A DNA stretch of 61,118 bases. Origin: Bacillota bacterium (GTDB taxonomy: Bacteria; Bacillota; Dethiobacteria; DTU022). Both the position numbers and the translations under genes were made by a program. The stretch covers positions 1-61,118 of the forward strand of contig JAGYMW010000001.1 in assembly GCA_018400435.1 (NCBI GenBank). Direction: 5' to 3'. The first letter of the stretch is position 1; each line of letters starts with the position of its first letter. The notes below the pieces were generated by a model. It was not told the origin of the DNA, searched no databases, and worked only from the letters and a program-made list of their open reading frames with translations. Below, piece after piece: positions 38,410-50,739 of this stretch.

Positions 38410-38915
38410 TATATCAGCTCCTCTTTATGGGGTTGTCTGTCGAGGGTGAGGCATTCGCTGCGGGCCTGGCAGTTAAAACAGAGGCGGGAATACTGATCCG
38501 CTTTTGCCAGAGCCCTGCTTAATGAGGACAGGTGTGGTTGTTCATGGTTTTTCAGACGATGCTGAGCAATAGCCCGGGTTATCAGTTCAGTTTCTGAATT
38601 AGAGAAGCCCACTTTTTTAAGGATTGTTTTGGCCATCTCGGCGCTGGCAAGAGCATGATCAGTTCCATAATCATATTCTTGCCAGCGGCCGATATCATGC
38701 AACAGGCCTGCTGCATAAGCCGTTTCCCGATTAATAAAAGGGCATCCTTCCTCGAGCAGCAACAGGTAGGTTAGCCTGGCCACTGTAAGCAGATGTTCAA
38801 AGTGATGCCGGCAGAAGGGGCGTGATTCTTCACGCAGGGCATTGCGCTCTAAATGATCACGATATTCCCGGCTGGCAAGTATTCTATTTACTCGCTCCAT
38901 CATTTTATTTTTCAT
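38406..38915 (-). CDS. HD-domain phosphohydrolase embedded in the folate operon
   Basis: ..HHFEHLLTVARL.. (H), ..GLLHDIGR.. (HD), and a C-terminal CFNCQARSEC. Overlaps the folP start by 4 nt. Confidence 0.75.
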   Translation of the reverse strand: MKNKMMERVNRILASREYRDHLERNALREESRPFCRHHFEHLLTVARLTYLLLLEEGCPFINRETAYAAGLLHDIGRWQEYDYGTDHALASAEMAKTILKKVGFSNSETELITRAIAQHRLKNHEQPHLSSLSRALAKADQYSRLCFNCQARSECLTLDRQPHKEELIY

Positions 38916-38934
38916 TGTCTGTTCTCGTTTATAG

Positions 38935-39501
38935 TTATCTTTTTCCCTGAATCAGGCTGAACACTTCACCTCTGGAGCTGGGATTGCGTCTGAACAACCC
39001 CCTGACGGCAGAAGTAACCGTGAAAGCACCTGGTTTGCTTACACCGCGGATGCTCATACAGAGATGTTCCGCTTCGACAACCACGACAACCCCTTTAGGC
39101 TTAAGTTCTTCAGTGATTATGTCGGCTACATTGCTGGTTAAACGTTCCTGCAGCTGGGGTCGTCTTGAGACAGTTTCGATAACCCTGACTAATTTGCTTA
39201 ATCCTACGATCCTTCCCCCGGAAGGAAGATAGGCAACGTGAGCCTTTCCATAGAATGGGAGCAGATGATGTTCACACATGGAATAAAAGGATATGTCCTT
39301 AACCAGGACGATTTCGTCATGACCGTCTTCTACAAAACATGTTTTCAAATGTTTCCTTGGATCTTCTTCCAGGCCTCTGAACAATTCTTCGTACATATTG
39401 GCTATGCGTTTTGGTGTGCCTACCAGACCTTCCCTGTTTAAATCTTCACCGACTGCTTCCAAAATCATTTCTACTGCCCTGACAATTTTTTCTTTATCCA
39501 C
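38935..39501 (-). CDS. folE: GTP cyclohydrolase I
   Basis: ..[10 protein letters not shown].., ..[17 protein letters not shown].., ..[11 protein letters not shown]. Confidence 0.95.
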   Translation of the reverse strand: MDKEKIVRAVEMILEAVGEDLNREGLVGTPKRIANMYEELFRGLEEDPRKHLKTCFVEDGHDEIVLVKDISFYSMCEHHLLPFYGKAHVAYLPSGGRIVGLSKLVRVIETVSRRPQLQERLTSNVADIITEELKPKGVVVVVEAEHLCMSIRGVSKPGAFTVTSAVRGLFRRNPSSRGEVFSLIQGKR

Positions 39502-39519
39502 TAGTATACCGCCTTTCTC

Positions 39520-40830
39520 CTAACAAAAAATATATTCCGGCAAAAAAATAATAATACTGTGCAGGAAGGCGCCGGCAAGTGAATTCTCAGTTCGCTGGTA
39601 AAGGAATCCGAGAATCAGCGCAGCTCCGGGGACAAGAACCGCCACCTCCACATATGTATAAGGATAATCAATCATCCACGGCTCGGTAATTATAATGATA
39701 GCCATACGAACAGCAGCTACAAGTAAAACAGTTAATATTAAGCTGATATTAGGCCCGTATCGCCGACATAAAAAGGTCTGAATGAAACCTCTCCAGAACA
39801 TTTCCCGCGGCAACCCGATCAACAAAAAAATAAGCACAAAATCTACCACAGTTTCCAGGCCTGCAAAATTTACGCCGCTGGGAAGTCCCCTGGTGGCCCC
39901 GATTACCAGAACGGCAGCGATCAAAGCCAGAAAATATCCACGGCCTGCCCTTTCGCGTCGTATACCGAAATCAATGTAGTAAATTTTATTAAATTTCCAA
40001 AGAACAAATAGGATAATAATAGCTGCAGCATAGCCGAAAAAAGTATAATAGTCAAGAAATCCGTTTATTTTAGTTATGACTTCGCCTGCTGTTATCAGTA
40101 CAGCCAGCAGCGGTATCATGAGCATGCTGAGAAATCCGGGTCTTGTCTCCCTTATTTTTTCCCAGTATCGAGTATAATGATGGTCCAGAGAAAATATTGT
40201 CATTATCACCAGTGAGATAGCCACAAAGATGCTGTAAATCATGAAAGGACCGGCAATGTTGGGCCAGGAAATGTTTACCCGGGGAGGCAGCTGCGGTTCC
40301 CCGGTCGGCGAAATAAAATAATAATAAACCAGGCTATCACGGGGGTGAAAAGTAATCGGTATGGTATCCTGCCATATTGTTGGTATCCCCATCTGTTTTT
40401 CAACGGTCCGATAAACTGTTTCCAGTTCAGATTTATCGGTTACCGGTGTAAAAATGTTATCTCCCCTGATCTGATCAAAAAAATCGTGGCTGATTACCAT
40501 GAACAGGCCGTCGATTTTTTCATCTTCCTGCTTAATTCCGTTCTGACGGTAAATGCCATTGCCCAGCAGAAGCAAGCTTTTGTCATGATCAGTTTCGTTC
40601 AGGTTGACCAGCTTCCCACCGGATGGCAGAATTACCGTCAGATTTTCTGTTTCAATGGACCATGGTTCTGTTTGACAGACGGAACTGATTTCATATTGAT
40701 AAGGTTTGCGCCCCAGGGCATCCGGGATGAATGCTGTTATTGTAAAAGCCGTAACGACAAGCAGCACGGCGACAATTATCAAGAGGATAAGGGCGACGAA
40801 GTAGTTTTTACCCGATATTTTTTTTAACAA
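39520..40830 (-). CDS. Polytopic membrane protein: N-terminal signal-anchor and extracytoplasmic domain, C-terminal CPBP (CAAX/Abi)-like region with degenerate motifs
   Basis: ..GLPREMFWRGFIQ.. resembles CPBP motif 1 (EExxxR) with one Glu missing. ..AFLHSIIIF.. resembles the HxxxN/D motif without N/D. TTG start follows AAGGAGGAG. The stop is 18 nt before folE. Confidence 0.6.
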   Translation of the reverse strand: MLKKISGKNYFVALILLIIVAVLLVVTAFTITAFIPDALGRKPYQYEISSVCQTEPWSIETENLTVILPSGGKLVNLNETDHDKSLLLLGNGIYRQNGIKQEDEKIDGLFMVISHDFFDQIRGDNIFTPVTDKSELETVYRTVEKQMGIPTIWQDTIPITFHPRDSLVYYYFISPTGEPQLPPRVNISWPNIAGPFMIYSIFVAISLVIMTIFSLDHHYTRYWEKIRETRPGFLSMLMIPLLAVLITAGEVITKINGFLDYYTFFGYAAAIIILFVLWKFNKIYYIDFGIRRERAGRGYFLALIAAVLVIGATRGLPSGVNFAGLETVVDFVLIFLLIGLPREMFWRGFIQTFLCRRYGPNISLILTVLLVAAVRMAIIIITEPWMIDYPYTYVEVAVLVPGAALILGFLYQRTENSLAGAFLHSIIIFLPEYIFC

Positions 40831-40946
40831 GAATGCTCCTCCTTGTGCGAATCATGCTGTCAAATTGCCCTTCGTGTACTTCGACGGGATGATCCGGATT
40901 CCTCCAAGACTATTAGGTTTCTACCATTGAGCCGCAGAGTGGTTCT

Positions 40947-40974
40947 TTGCAAAAATAGTGTAATCTGCTATAGT
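40947..40974 (+). promoter_or_regulatory. Candidate sigma-A promoter for coaX
   Basis: TTGCAA-16 nt-TATAGT. Confidence 0.45.
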
Positions 40975-41029
40975 ATTATTTACGTGATGCTTGCTTATCA
41001 GGCTTATCTATCAGTGGGAGGAATGTAAT

Positions 41030-41800
41030 TTGTTACTGGCTGTTGATGTTGGCAACACCCATATTATGCTCGGGGTATACCGCGAAGATAAAATCCTTGT
41101 TTACTGGCGGCTGGCTACCCGTAAATCGAGTACTGAAGATGAACTGGGTATGGTAGTTAAAAATTTACTTCACAACAGCCATATAACCTTAAAGGAAATA
41201 AATGTTATCGCAATTTCCTCTGTTGTTCCTCCATTGATGTATTCCCTCGGGCGTATGTCAACAAAATATTTCAATGTCGATCCCCTTATTATTGGGCCGG
41301 GAATAAGGACCGGCTTAAATATTGTAACAGATAATCCACGTGAAGTGGGTGCCGATCGTATTGTCAATGCCGTTGCGGCAATTGAACTTTACGGTGGGCC
41401 GATGATTATAGTCGATTTTGGGACTGCAACCACCTTCTGTGCCATTTCGGGTGAGGGCGATTACCTCGGTGGGGCTATCGCTCCCGGCATAGGAATATCT
41501 ATGGAAGCCCTTTTTGAAAGAGCGGCCAAATTGCCGAGGGTGGAAATAGTAAGGCCCCAGCGAGTTATCGGCAAAGACACAATCTCCAGTATGCAGTCGG
41601 GCATTGTCTTCGGTTTTGTCGGCCAGGTCGACGGCATTGTTCGCCGTATGGCCGCAGAGCTTGGAGGTGATCCACTGGTGATAGCTACCGGTGGTTTTGC
41701 CAACTTAATTGCCCGTGAATCGTCAACAATTCGGGAGGTCAATTCCCTTCTTACCCTGGAAGGGTTACGGATCATCACCAGGTTAAACGCTACAAAATAA
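41030..41800 (+). CDS. coaX: Type III pantothenate kinase
   Basis: LLLAVDVGNTH.., ..VGADRIVNAVAA.., ..IVDFGTATTF.. and ..ATGGFA.. TTG 41030 lies 6 nt after GGGAGGAA. Confidence 0.9.
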   Translation: MLLAVDVGNTHIMLGVYREDKILVYWRLATRKSSTEDELGMVVKNLLHNSHITLKEINVIAISSVVPPLMYSLGRMSTKYFNVDPLIIGPGIRTGLNIVTDNPREVGADRIVNAVAAIELYGGPMIIVDFGTATTFCAISGEGDYLGGAIAPGIGISMEALFERAAKLPRVEIVRPQRVIGKDTISSMQSGIVFGFVGQVDGIVRRMAAELGGDPLVIATGGFANLIARESSTIREVNSLLTLEGLRIITRLNATK

Positions 41801-41832
41801 AAAATGATGGATTCTGCAAAGGAGTTGTGTTT

Positions 41833-42042
41833 ATGGCCGGTTTCGCCGTGGCAAATTTTATCTTGCTGCCGATCATGGTGGCGGTACTGCTCTTTCTCGT
41901 GTCTGCTATCCTGCAGTGGTTGTGGAATATAACAATGCCCCAGGTTTTTGTTCTTAGGGAAATCAATTTCTGGCAAGCTTTCCGCCTTTTGTTGATTGCC
42001 GGAATTTTATTTGGGATTTCAGGGATCCGTTTTATAAACTGA
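41833..42042 (+). CDS. Small (69-aa) two-TM membrane protein, hypothetical
   Basis: AAGGAG lies 8 nt upstream of ATG 41833. Two hydrophobic helices. No family recognised. Confidence 0.45.
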   Translation: MAGFAVANFILLPIMVAVLLFLVSAILQWLWNITMPQVFVLREINFWQAFRLLLIAGILFGISGIRFIN

Positions 42043-42145
42043 GATTGATTATCTACCGGTGAAGGCCTTTTACGGAACCGGTAAAACGAGAACCGCTCAA
42101 TCAAGTTGACTGGTCTTAATAAATTTAAAATAGGAGATACCGGCC

Positions 42146-42952
42146 ATGAAAATTGGACTGGCTTTAAGTGGTGGAGCAGCCCGCGGAATAGCGCACATTG
42201 GTGTTTTGAAATATCTGGAGGAAAGTAATGTAAAACCTGCATTAATGGCCGGAACAAGCGCCGGCAGCATTGTTGCATCCCTCTACAGTGCGGGGAAAAC
42301 CGTTGAGGAAATTGAACAGATAGCTCGAAAATTATCCTGGAAAGATCTCGTTACTTTATCTTTGCCCCGGAAAGGTTTGATCAACTCTTCCAAACTTTTA
42401 GTTATGCTGAAAGAATACCTGGGCGGTACAACTTTTGAGGATTTAAAAATTCCACTGGCCATTAACGCAGTTGATTTGCTAAGCGGTGAAGAAATAATCA
42501 TTGAAGATGGGCTCGTTTCCGAGGCAGTCCAGGCCAGCTGTTCCATACCGGGTATTTTTACCCCTGTGAAGTGGAAGGACAAGATGCTTGTAGACGGTGG
42601 GCTGCTGGATAACGTTCCTGCCGCCCTTCTCAAAGAGCGCAATCTTGATTACATTATAGCCGTTGATGTGGGTGCCCAGAAACCGCTTTCTACTGAGCCG
42701 GACAGTATATTTGAAATATTGATCCAGGCTTTTGACATAATCCAACGCCAGCGGGATAAATCCGCACATGATATAGCGGACATAATGATCGAACCTGAAC
42801 TAGGGGATATAACCATGTGGGATATCAAAAGGGTTGATTTGATCATGGAGAGAGGTTATGAAGCAGCGCAAAAAATGCTGGGCAATATCGATTTGGAGAA
42901 AAAACAGAGCAGTATTGCCCGCTGGTTTAGCAAAAGGAAAAATCGGCGTTAG
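42146..42952 (+). CDS. Patatin-like phospholipase (YlbK/RssA type)
   Basis: GLALSGGAARG (oxyanion Gly-rich motif), GTSAGS (GxSxG nucleophile), and ..VDGGLLDNVP.. (catalytic Asp). Confidence 0.85.
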   Translation: MKIGLALSGGAARGIAHIGVLKYLEESNVKPALMAGTSAGSIVASLYSAGKTVEEIEQIARKLSWKDLVTLSLPRKGLINSSKLLVMLKEYLGGTTFEDLKIPLAINAVDLLSGEEIIIEDGLVSEAVQASCSIPGIFTPVKWKDKMLVDGGLLDNVPAALLKERNLDYIIAVDVGAQKPLSTEPDSIFEILIQAFDIIQRQRDKSAHDIADIMIEPELGDITMWDIKRVDLIMERGYEAAQKMLGNIDLEKKQSSIARWFSKRKNRR

Positions 42953-43055
42953 CAAACTGGCTGTTGCACGGGAACAAAGGGAAAAAGATCTCGGGGAAAT
43001 AACATTTAAAAAGCTTTTAAAAAAATCTTAAAATGCAGCAAAGGTCCGCACATGA

Positions 43056-43083
43056 AAAGGAGGCCTCTTCCAGGAGGCCTCCT
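43056..43083 (-). terminator. Terminator after PFOR; perfect 11-bp stem shared with convergent patatin
   Basis: AAGGAGGCCTC-TTCCAG-GAGGCCTCCTT. The U-tract is on the minus-strand side only. Confidence 0.8.
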
Positions 43084-43136
43084 TCAGTTCCCGGTCAAAA
43101 CAAAATGTGACAATTGTTATAGGATGGGATTCAAAA

Positions 43137-46712
<3,576 letters not shown>

Positions 46713-46743
46713 TTACAAATACAGCGGCTTACGATCCTGCTAC

Positions 46744-46772
46744 ATATTAGCACTTAATTGGCTCACTGACAA
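46744..46772 (-). promoter_or_regulatory. Candidate sigma-A promoter for PFOR
   Basis: TTGTCA-17 nt-TAATAT on the minus strand. Confidence 0.5.
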
Positions 46773-46909
46773 GCTCGAACCGTCGCCAGATGGTGCCGGT
46801 TCAATGTACTTTCTGTTATTTTTAAATGGTTTGTTGCCCTCATTTTTTAGAAGATTTTATCTCATTCCAACCAAAATCGTTTATCCGGATACGGCAAAGA
46901 GCAAACTTA

Positions 46910-46918
46910 TGTTAAAAT
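46910..46918 (+). promoter_or_regulatory. Extended -10 element (TGtTAAAAT) ending 6 nt before the phoP ATG
   Basis: See the leaderless-phoP finding. Confidence 0.35.
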
Positions 46919-46924
46919 AATGGC

Positions 46925-47656
46925 ATGAACAAAGACCTGGATCGTAAACAGCGCCTTATACTGATAGTTGAAGATGAAGAGGATATTGTCAGGCTGCTTG
47001 CCTTTCACCTTGAAAAGGAAGGCTTCCGGATCCACAGTGCCGGTAGTGGCCCGGCGGCGTTGGATTATGCATTTGGCAATATTCCCGACCTGATTATCCT
47101 CGATATCATGCTTCCAGAAATGGACGGCCTTGAAGTATGCCGCCGTATCCGAAGCAATCCCCTGACGACCGCAGTACCGATCCTCATTCTTTCTGCACGG
47201 CGGGAAGAGCTGGATAAAGTACTGGGGCTGGAATTGGGGGCGGATGATTATATGGTTAAGCCTTTTAGCGTTCGTGAACTGGTGGCCAGGATCAGGGCGA
47301 TGATGCGCCGGCTTGAGCAGAGCCGGCCAGCGGAAAAAGTAAGTTCTAAAGACAAACCGATCCGTATCGGGGCAATTGTTCTCAACCCGGAGCGCTATGA
47401 AGTTAAAGTTAAAAATGAACCGCAGGCTTTAACCCATAAAGAGTTTATGCTGCTGCAGCTGCTCATGGCCAATGCCGGAAAAGTCCTGACCAGGGAGACA
47501 CTCCTGGATAAAATATGGGGTTATGAAACGGGAGTAGATACCAGGACAGTGGATGTGCATATCCGTTCATTGCGTCGAAAACTTGAAGAAGACCCTTCCC
47601 ATCCCTTTTATATTGAAACTATCCGTGGGGTCGGTTATCGCTTTGCCGATCGCTGA
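46925..47656 (+). CDS. phoP: OmpR/PhoB-family response regulator
   Basis: ..LILIVEDEEDI.., ..LIILDIMLPEMDG.., and winged-helix ..TVDVHIRSLRRKLE..I.TIRGVGYRF. Located next to phoR-pst-phoU. Confidence 0.9.
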   Translation: MNKDLDRKQRLILIVEDEEDIVRLLAFHLEKEGFRIHSAGSGPAALDYAFGNIPDLIILDIMLPEMDGLEVCRRIRSNPLTTAVPILILSARREELDKVLGLELGADDYMVKPFSVRELVARIRAMMRRLEQSRPAEKVSSKDKPIRIGAIVLNPERYEVKVKNEPQALTHKEFMLLQLLMANAGKVLTRETLLDKIWGYETGVDTRTVDVHIRSLRRKLEEDPSHPFYIETIRGVGYRFADR

Positions 47657-47896
47657 AAAGAAGCTTTTCCGGATTTCCCTGTAAATTTAAAATTCTCTTA
47701 CCTGAGCTTAAGCTAAACGGTTCTGTAAATAGAGGCTTCTTTCATCAATGACATTGGCGGCGATGAACAGCAATCGGAAAAGTATTCTGAGTTAATGCGC
47801 CTGCATCTTACCCTGCAGCTTTTGATGAATATATAAGAAGGTATAATATGAGCGAGCTCATTTTTAACGGAGCGGCAGTCTGGAGGCAGCCTTAAA

Positions 47897-49687
47897 TTGT
47901 TTAAAAGTATCCGTCGTCGCATGATTTTTTATAATCTAACGGTTATAGCTGTTATAGTTGCTGTAATGGGTTTTGTTTTCAGCTGGTTTTTGCATAATTT
48001 TTATATGCAAACCCTGCGCGAGAATCTATATATACAGGCTCGTCTCACCGCTGCCCTGGTTGAGGAAATGATTGAAGAGGAAGCCTTCCCGACTGCTATT
48101 GACAGCCTTTATGAAGATCTCGGGACGGAACTGGGCATCAGGATGACCCTCATCGATGGGGAGGGTGTTGTCCTGGCTGATTCTGACGAAAGTCCAACCA
48201 TAATGGAAAACCATATTGATCGTCCGGAAATTATTGAAGCGTTACAGCAGGAAGTGGGTATCGCCAGCCGTTACAGCGCAACGCTTGAAAAAGATATGTA
48301 TTACCTGGCAGTGCCCCTTGAGGGGGGAGATGATAAGTCAGGGGAAGGCAATCCTTCTTTAATTATTCGGCTTGCCCTTCCACTTTCGGCTATTAACCAG
48401 GCCATGGGTAACCTGCGCCTGTTTATCCTGGTGGCTCTTTTTACCGCGTTTCTGTTTGCTTCAGGGGTTGCATTGATTCTCTCCCGTAGAATAACCGAAC
48501 CCATCGGCAGAATTAGCAATGCTTCAAGAGCCATATCCGGTGGCAATTTCGATCCTCCACTCGAAATCGAAGGGCAGGATGAACTGGCAGAACTGGCTTC
48601 CAATATTAAGGAAATGGGCCGTTCCCTGGCAGGTCAGATCGAAAAAGTGACTGCTGAGAAAAACAAACTGGAAACCGTTGTTAACTCGATGAGTAACGGC
48701 ATAATTCTAACCGACCGGGAGATGAAAATTGAACTGATCAACCCGGCGGCTGAAATGCTGTTTGATCTTAAAGACAGTGAAATGATCGGAGTCCCCCTCC
48801 GAAAAGGCTTACGCTATTTCAACTTATCCCAGTCTTTAAAAGCGGTTCACGATGACGGTCGAAGCAGGGTGATCGAGCTGGACATTTATTATCCCCGGGC
48901 TGCCGTCATTGAAACACACCTGCTGCCCGTGTCCGGACCGGTCAGCAAAATAATCGGGGTACTGATTCTTTTCCATGAAGTGACTCAGCTGCGGAACATC
49001 GAAAAGATGCGCAGTGATTTTGTAGCCAATGTTTCCCATGAGTTGCGCACTCCTCTTACAGCAGTTCGCGGTTACACAGAAACAATCATCCATGAAAATT
49101 TGAGCCGCCGGGAACTAACGGATTTTTTACAGATTATTGATCGGGAAACAAAAAGGCTGGCCGAGCTTCTTGATAATTTACTTGACCTTGCTCAAATTGA
49201 AAACGAAAAAGGCTTTGTCAGTAAGAAACGAGTCAATCTAAAAGCGTTGATTGAAGAGGCAGCTGTGAATGTTGAAGAACTGAGGAAACAAAAAGGGGCA
49301 ATCCTTAAAACAGATTTTCCTGACGATGAAATTGCCGTAGAGGGGAACTATGAATGGCTCAGTCAGGCCCTGATCAATATTCTGGAAAACAGTATCAGGC
49401 ACGGCAGGGAAAGAGGCAGGGTGATTGCAAAGCTGGGCTGCGACCAGAAGACGGCATTTGTCGAAATATCCGATGACGGTCCCGGTATTCCGGAGATAGA
49501 TCTGCCTTATATATTCGAGCGATTCTACCGGGTTGATAAAGCCCGTTCCAGAAAAAGTGGAGGAACCGGTCTTGGCCTTTCCATTGTTAAGCATATCATG
49601 GAAGCGCATGGTGCAGATTATCAGCTGCAGAGCACCGAGGGGGAAGGAACAGTGTTTCGCTTTTCCCTGCCGTGCTGCGGACGTTAA
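47897..49687 (+). CDS. phoR: Phosphate-sensing histidine kinase (TM-sensor-TM-HAMP-PAS-HisKA-HATPase)
   Basis: H-box FVANVSHELRTPLT, N-box ..LINILENSIRH.., G-boxes DDGPGIP and GGTGLGLSIVK. Confidence 0.9.
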   Translation: MFKSIRRRMIFYNLTVIAVIVAVMGFVFSWFLHNFYMQTLRENLYIQARLTAALVEEMIEEEAFPTAIDSLYEDLGTELGIRMTLIDGEGVVLADSDESPTIMENHIDRPEIIEALQQEVGIASRYSATLEKDMYYLAVPLEGGDDKSGEGNPSLIIRLALPLSAINQAMGNLRLFILVALFTAFLFASGVALILSRRITEPIGRISNASRAISGGNFDPPLEIEGQDELAELASNIKEMGRSLAGQIEKVTAEKNKLETVVNSMSNGIILTDREMKIELINPAAEMLFDLKDSEMIGVPLRKGLRYFNLSQSLKAVHDDGRSRVIELDIYYPRAAVIETHLLPVSGPVSKIIGVLILFHEVTQLRNIEKMRSDFVANVSHELRTPLTAVRGYTETIIHENLSRRELTDFLQIIDRETKRLAELLDNLLDLAQIENEKGFVSKKRVNLKALIEEAAVNVEELRKQKGAILKTDFPDDEIAVEGNYEWLSQALINILENSIRHGRERGRVIAKLGCDQKTAFVEISDDGPGIPEIDLPYIFERFYRVDKARSRKSGGTGLGLSIVKHIMEAHGADYQLQSTEGEGTVFRFSLPCCGR

Positions 49688-49690
49688 CGT

Positions 49691-49740
49691 TTAACAGAGA
49701 TTTAACTTTAATTTTACATAAAGCTCCTTTATTTTTAACC
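49691..49740 (+). promoter_or_regulatory. Pho boxes: TTAACA-like hexamers in 11-bp phase, replacing a -35, upstream of pstS
   Basis: TTAACA 49691, TTAACT 49702, TTTACA 49713, (CTCCTT 49724), TTAACC 49735. A -10-like TATTAT lies at 49750-49755. Confidence 0.7.
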
Positions 49741-49788
49741 TTGTTCAGTTATTATGAGCAAGGTTAAATTTACTTTAGGAGGGAAAAA

Positions 49789-50736
49789 ATGAACAGGAGA
49801 ATGTGGTTAACAGTATTTGTAATAACTCTGCTGGCACTCTCGCTGGTTATGGCAGGCTGCGGGCAGGGAGAAAATCCCGGTGAAGAGCCGGCTGGAGAAA
49901 ACGGAGAGAGCCAGGGAAATGATGGAGGAACAGTTTCGATCATGATTGCCGGTTCCGATTCGGAAGTTAACCTGGTGACAAGGATGGCTGAAGAATATAT
50001 GAATGCCCATGAAGGGGTTTCCATTGCTGTTACCGGCGGCGGTTCCGGAGTAGGCATTACCTCTCTGATCGACGGGGATATAGATATAGCTAATTCTTCC
50101 CGGCCGATGAAAGACGAAGAAGTTGAGGCACTTAAAGCCAACAGTGGTGAGGATGTTTATGACGTTCGCTTTGCTGTTGATGGTGTAGCGGTAATTGTCA
50201 ATGAGAACAATCCATTAGCCGAGCTGACAGTCGAGCAGATCGGAGCCATATACCGTGGCGAAATTACCAGCTGGGCGGAAGTGGGCGGCGAAGACCGCGA
50301 GATTACAATTTACGGCCGTCAGAGCACCTCTGGAACCTATGTATTCTTCATGGAAAAGGTGGTTCAGGGGGACTATTCGCCGGAAATGCGCAACCTGGCC
50401 GGCAATTCCGATATCGTGGAAGCAGTAAAAAATGATGCTGGAGGTATTGGTTATTGCGCCATCGGTTATGCCGCCGGCGAAGGGATGAAAGCTCTTCTGG
50501 TTGCTGCAGATACAGGTTCAGAGGCTTTTGATCCTACTATCCTGGAGAATGTAACGAGTGGAGATTATCCCCTCACCAGGCCGCTTTACCAGTATGTAGC
50601 CGGAAAACCGGGTGGAGCAATCCTCGATTTCTTCCTTTTTGAAACGGGTGATCAGGGTCAAAATATAGTACTTGAAGAAGGTTTTTATCCCATTACCACC
50701 TCTGATGTTGAATTTAACAAAGATGCTTTACAGTAA
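49789..50736 (+). CDS. pstS: Phosphate ABC transporter substrate-binding lipoprotein
   Basis: Lipobox LVMAGC. ..GSDSEVN.., ..TGGGSGVGI..DIANSSRPMK.., ..GRQSTSGTY... Confidence 0.9.
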   Translation: MNRRMWLTVFVITLLALSLVMAGCGQGENPGEEPAGENGESQGNDGGTVSIMIAGSDSEVNLVTRMAEEYMNAHEGVSIAVTGGGSGVGITSLIDGDIDIANSSRPMKDEEVEALKANSGEDVYDVRFAVDGVAVIVNENNPLAELTVEQIGAIYRGEITSWAEVGGEDREITIYGRQSTSGTYVFFMEKVVQGDYSPEMRNLAGNSDIVEAVKNDAGGIGYCAIGYAAGEGMKALLVAADTGSEAFDPTILENVTSGDYPLTRPLYQYVAGKPGGAILDFFLFETGDQGQNIVLEEGFYPITTSDVEFNKDALQ

Positions 50737-50739
50737 CAT

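Noticed and set aside
39520-40830. CPBP/Abi protein as an abortive-infection or bacteriocin-immunity gene.
   Set aside because: No bacteriocin, toxin or phage genes are adjacent. It is embedded in the folate operon. Reported only as a context oddity.
40831-41029. THF riboswitch upstream of the folate operon.
   Set aside because: The minus-strand sequence shows none of the remembered THF-I core elements, and the gap is mostly divergent promoter DNA.
42146-42952. Patatin phospholipase as a CBASS-type defence effector.
   Set aside because: No cyclase/nucleotidyltransferase, TIR, or other defence partner nearby. Its size and motifs fit the housekeeping YlbK/RssA type.
47713-47922. 69-aa minus-strand ORF in the phoP-phoR spacer.
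   Set aside because: No SD. It overlaps the phoR start region and has an Arg/Cys/Ser-rich odd composition. Likely spurious.
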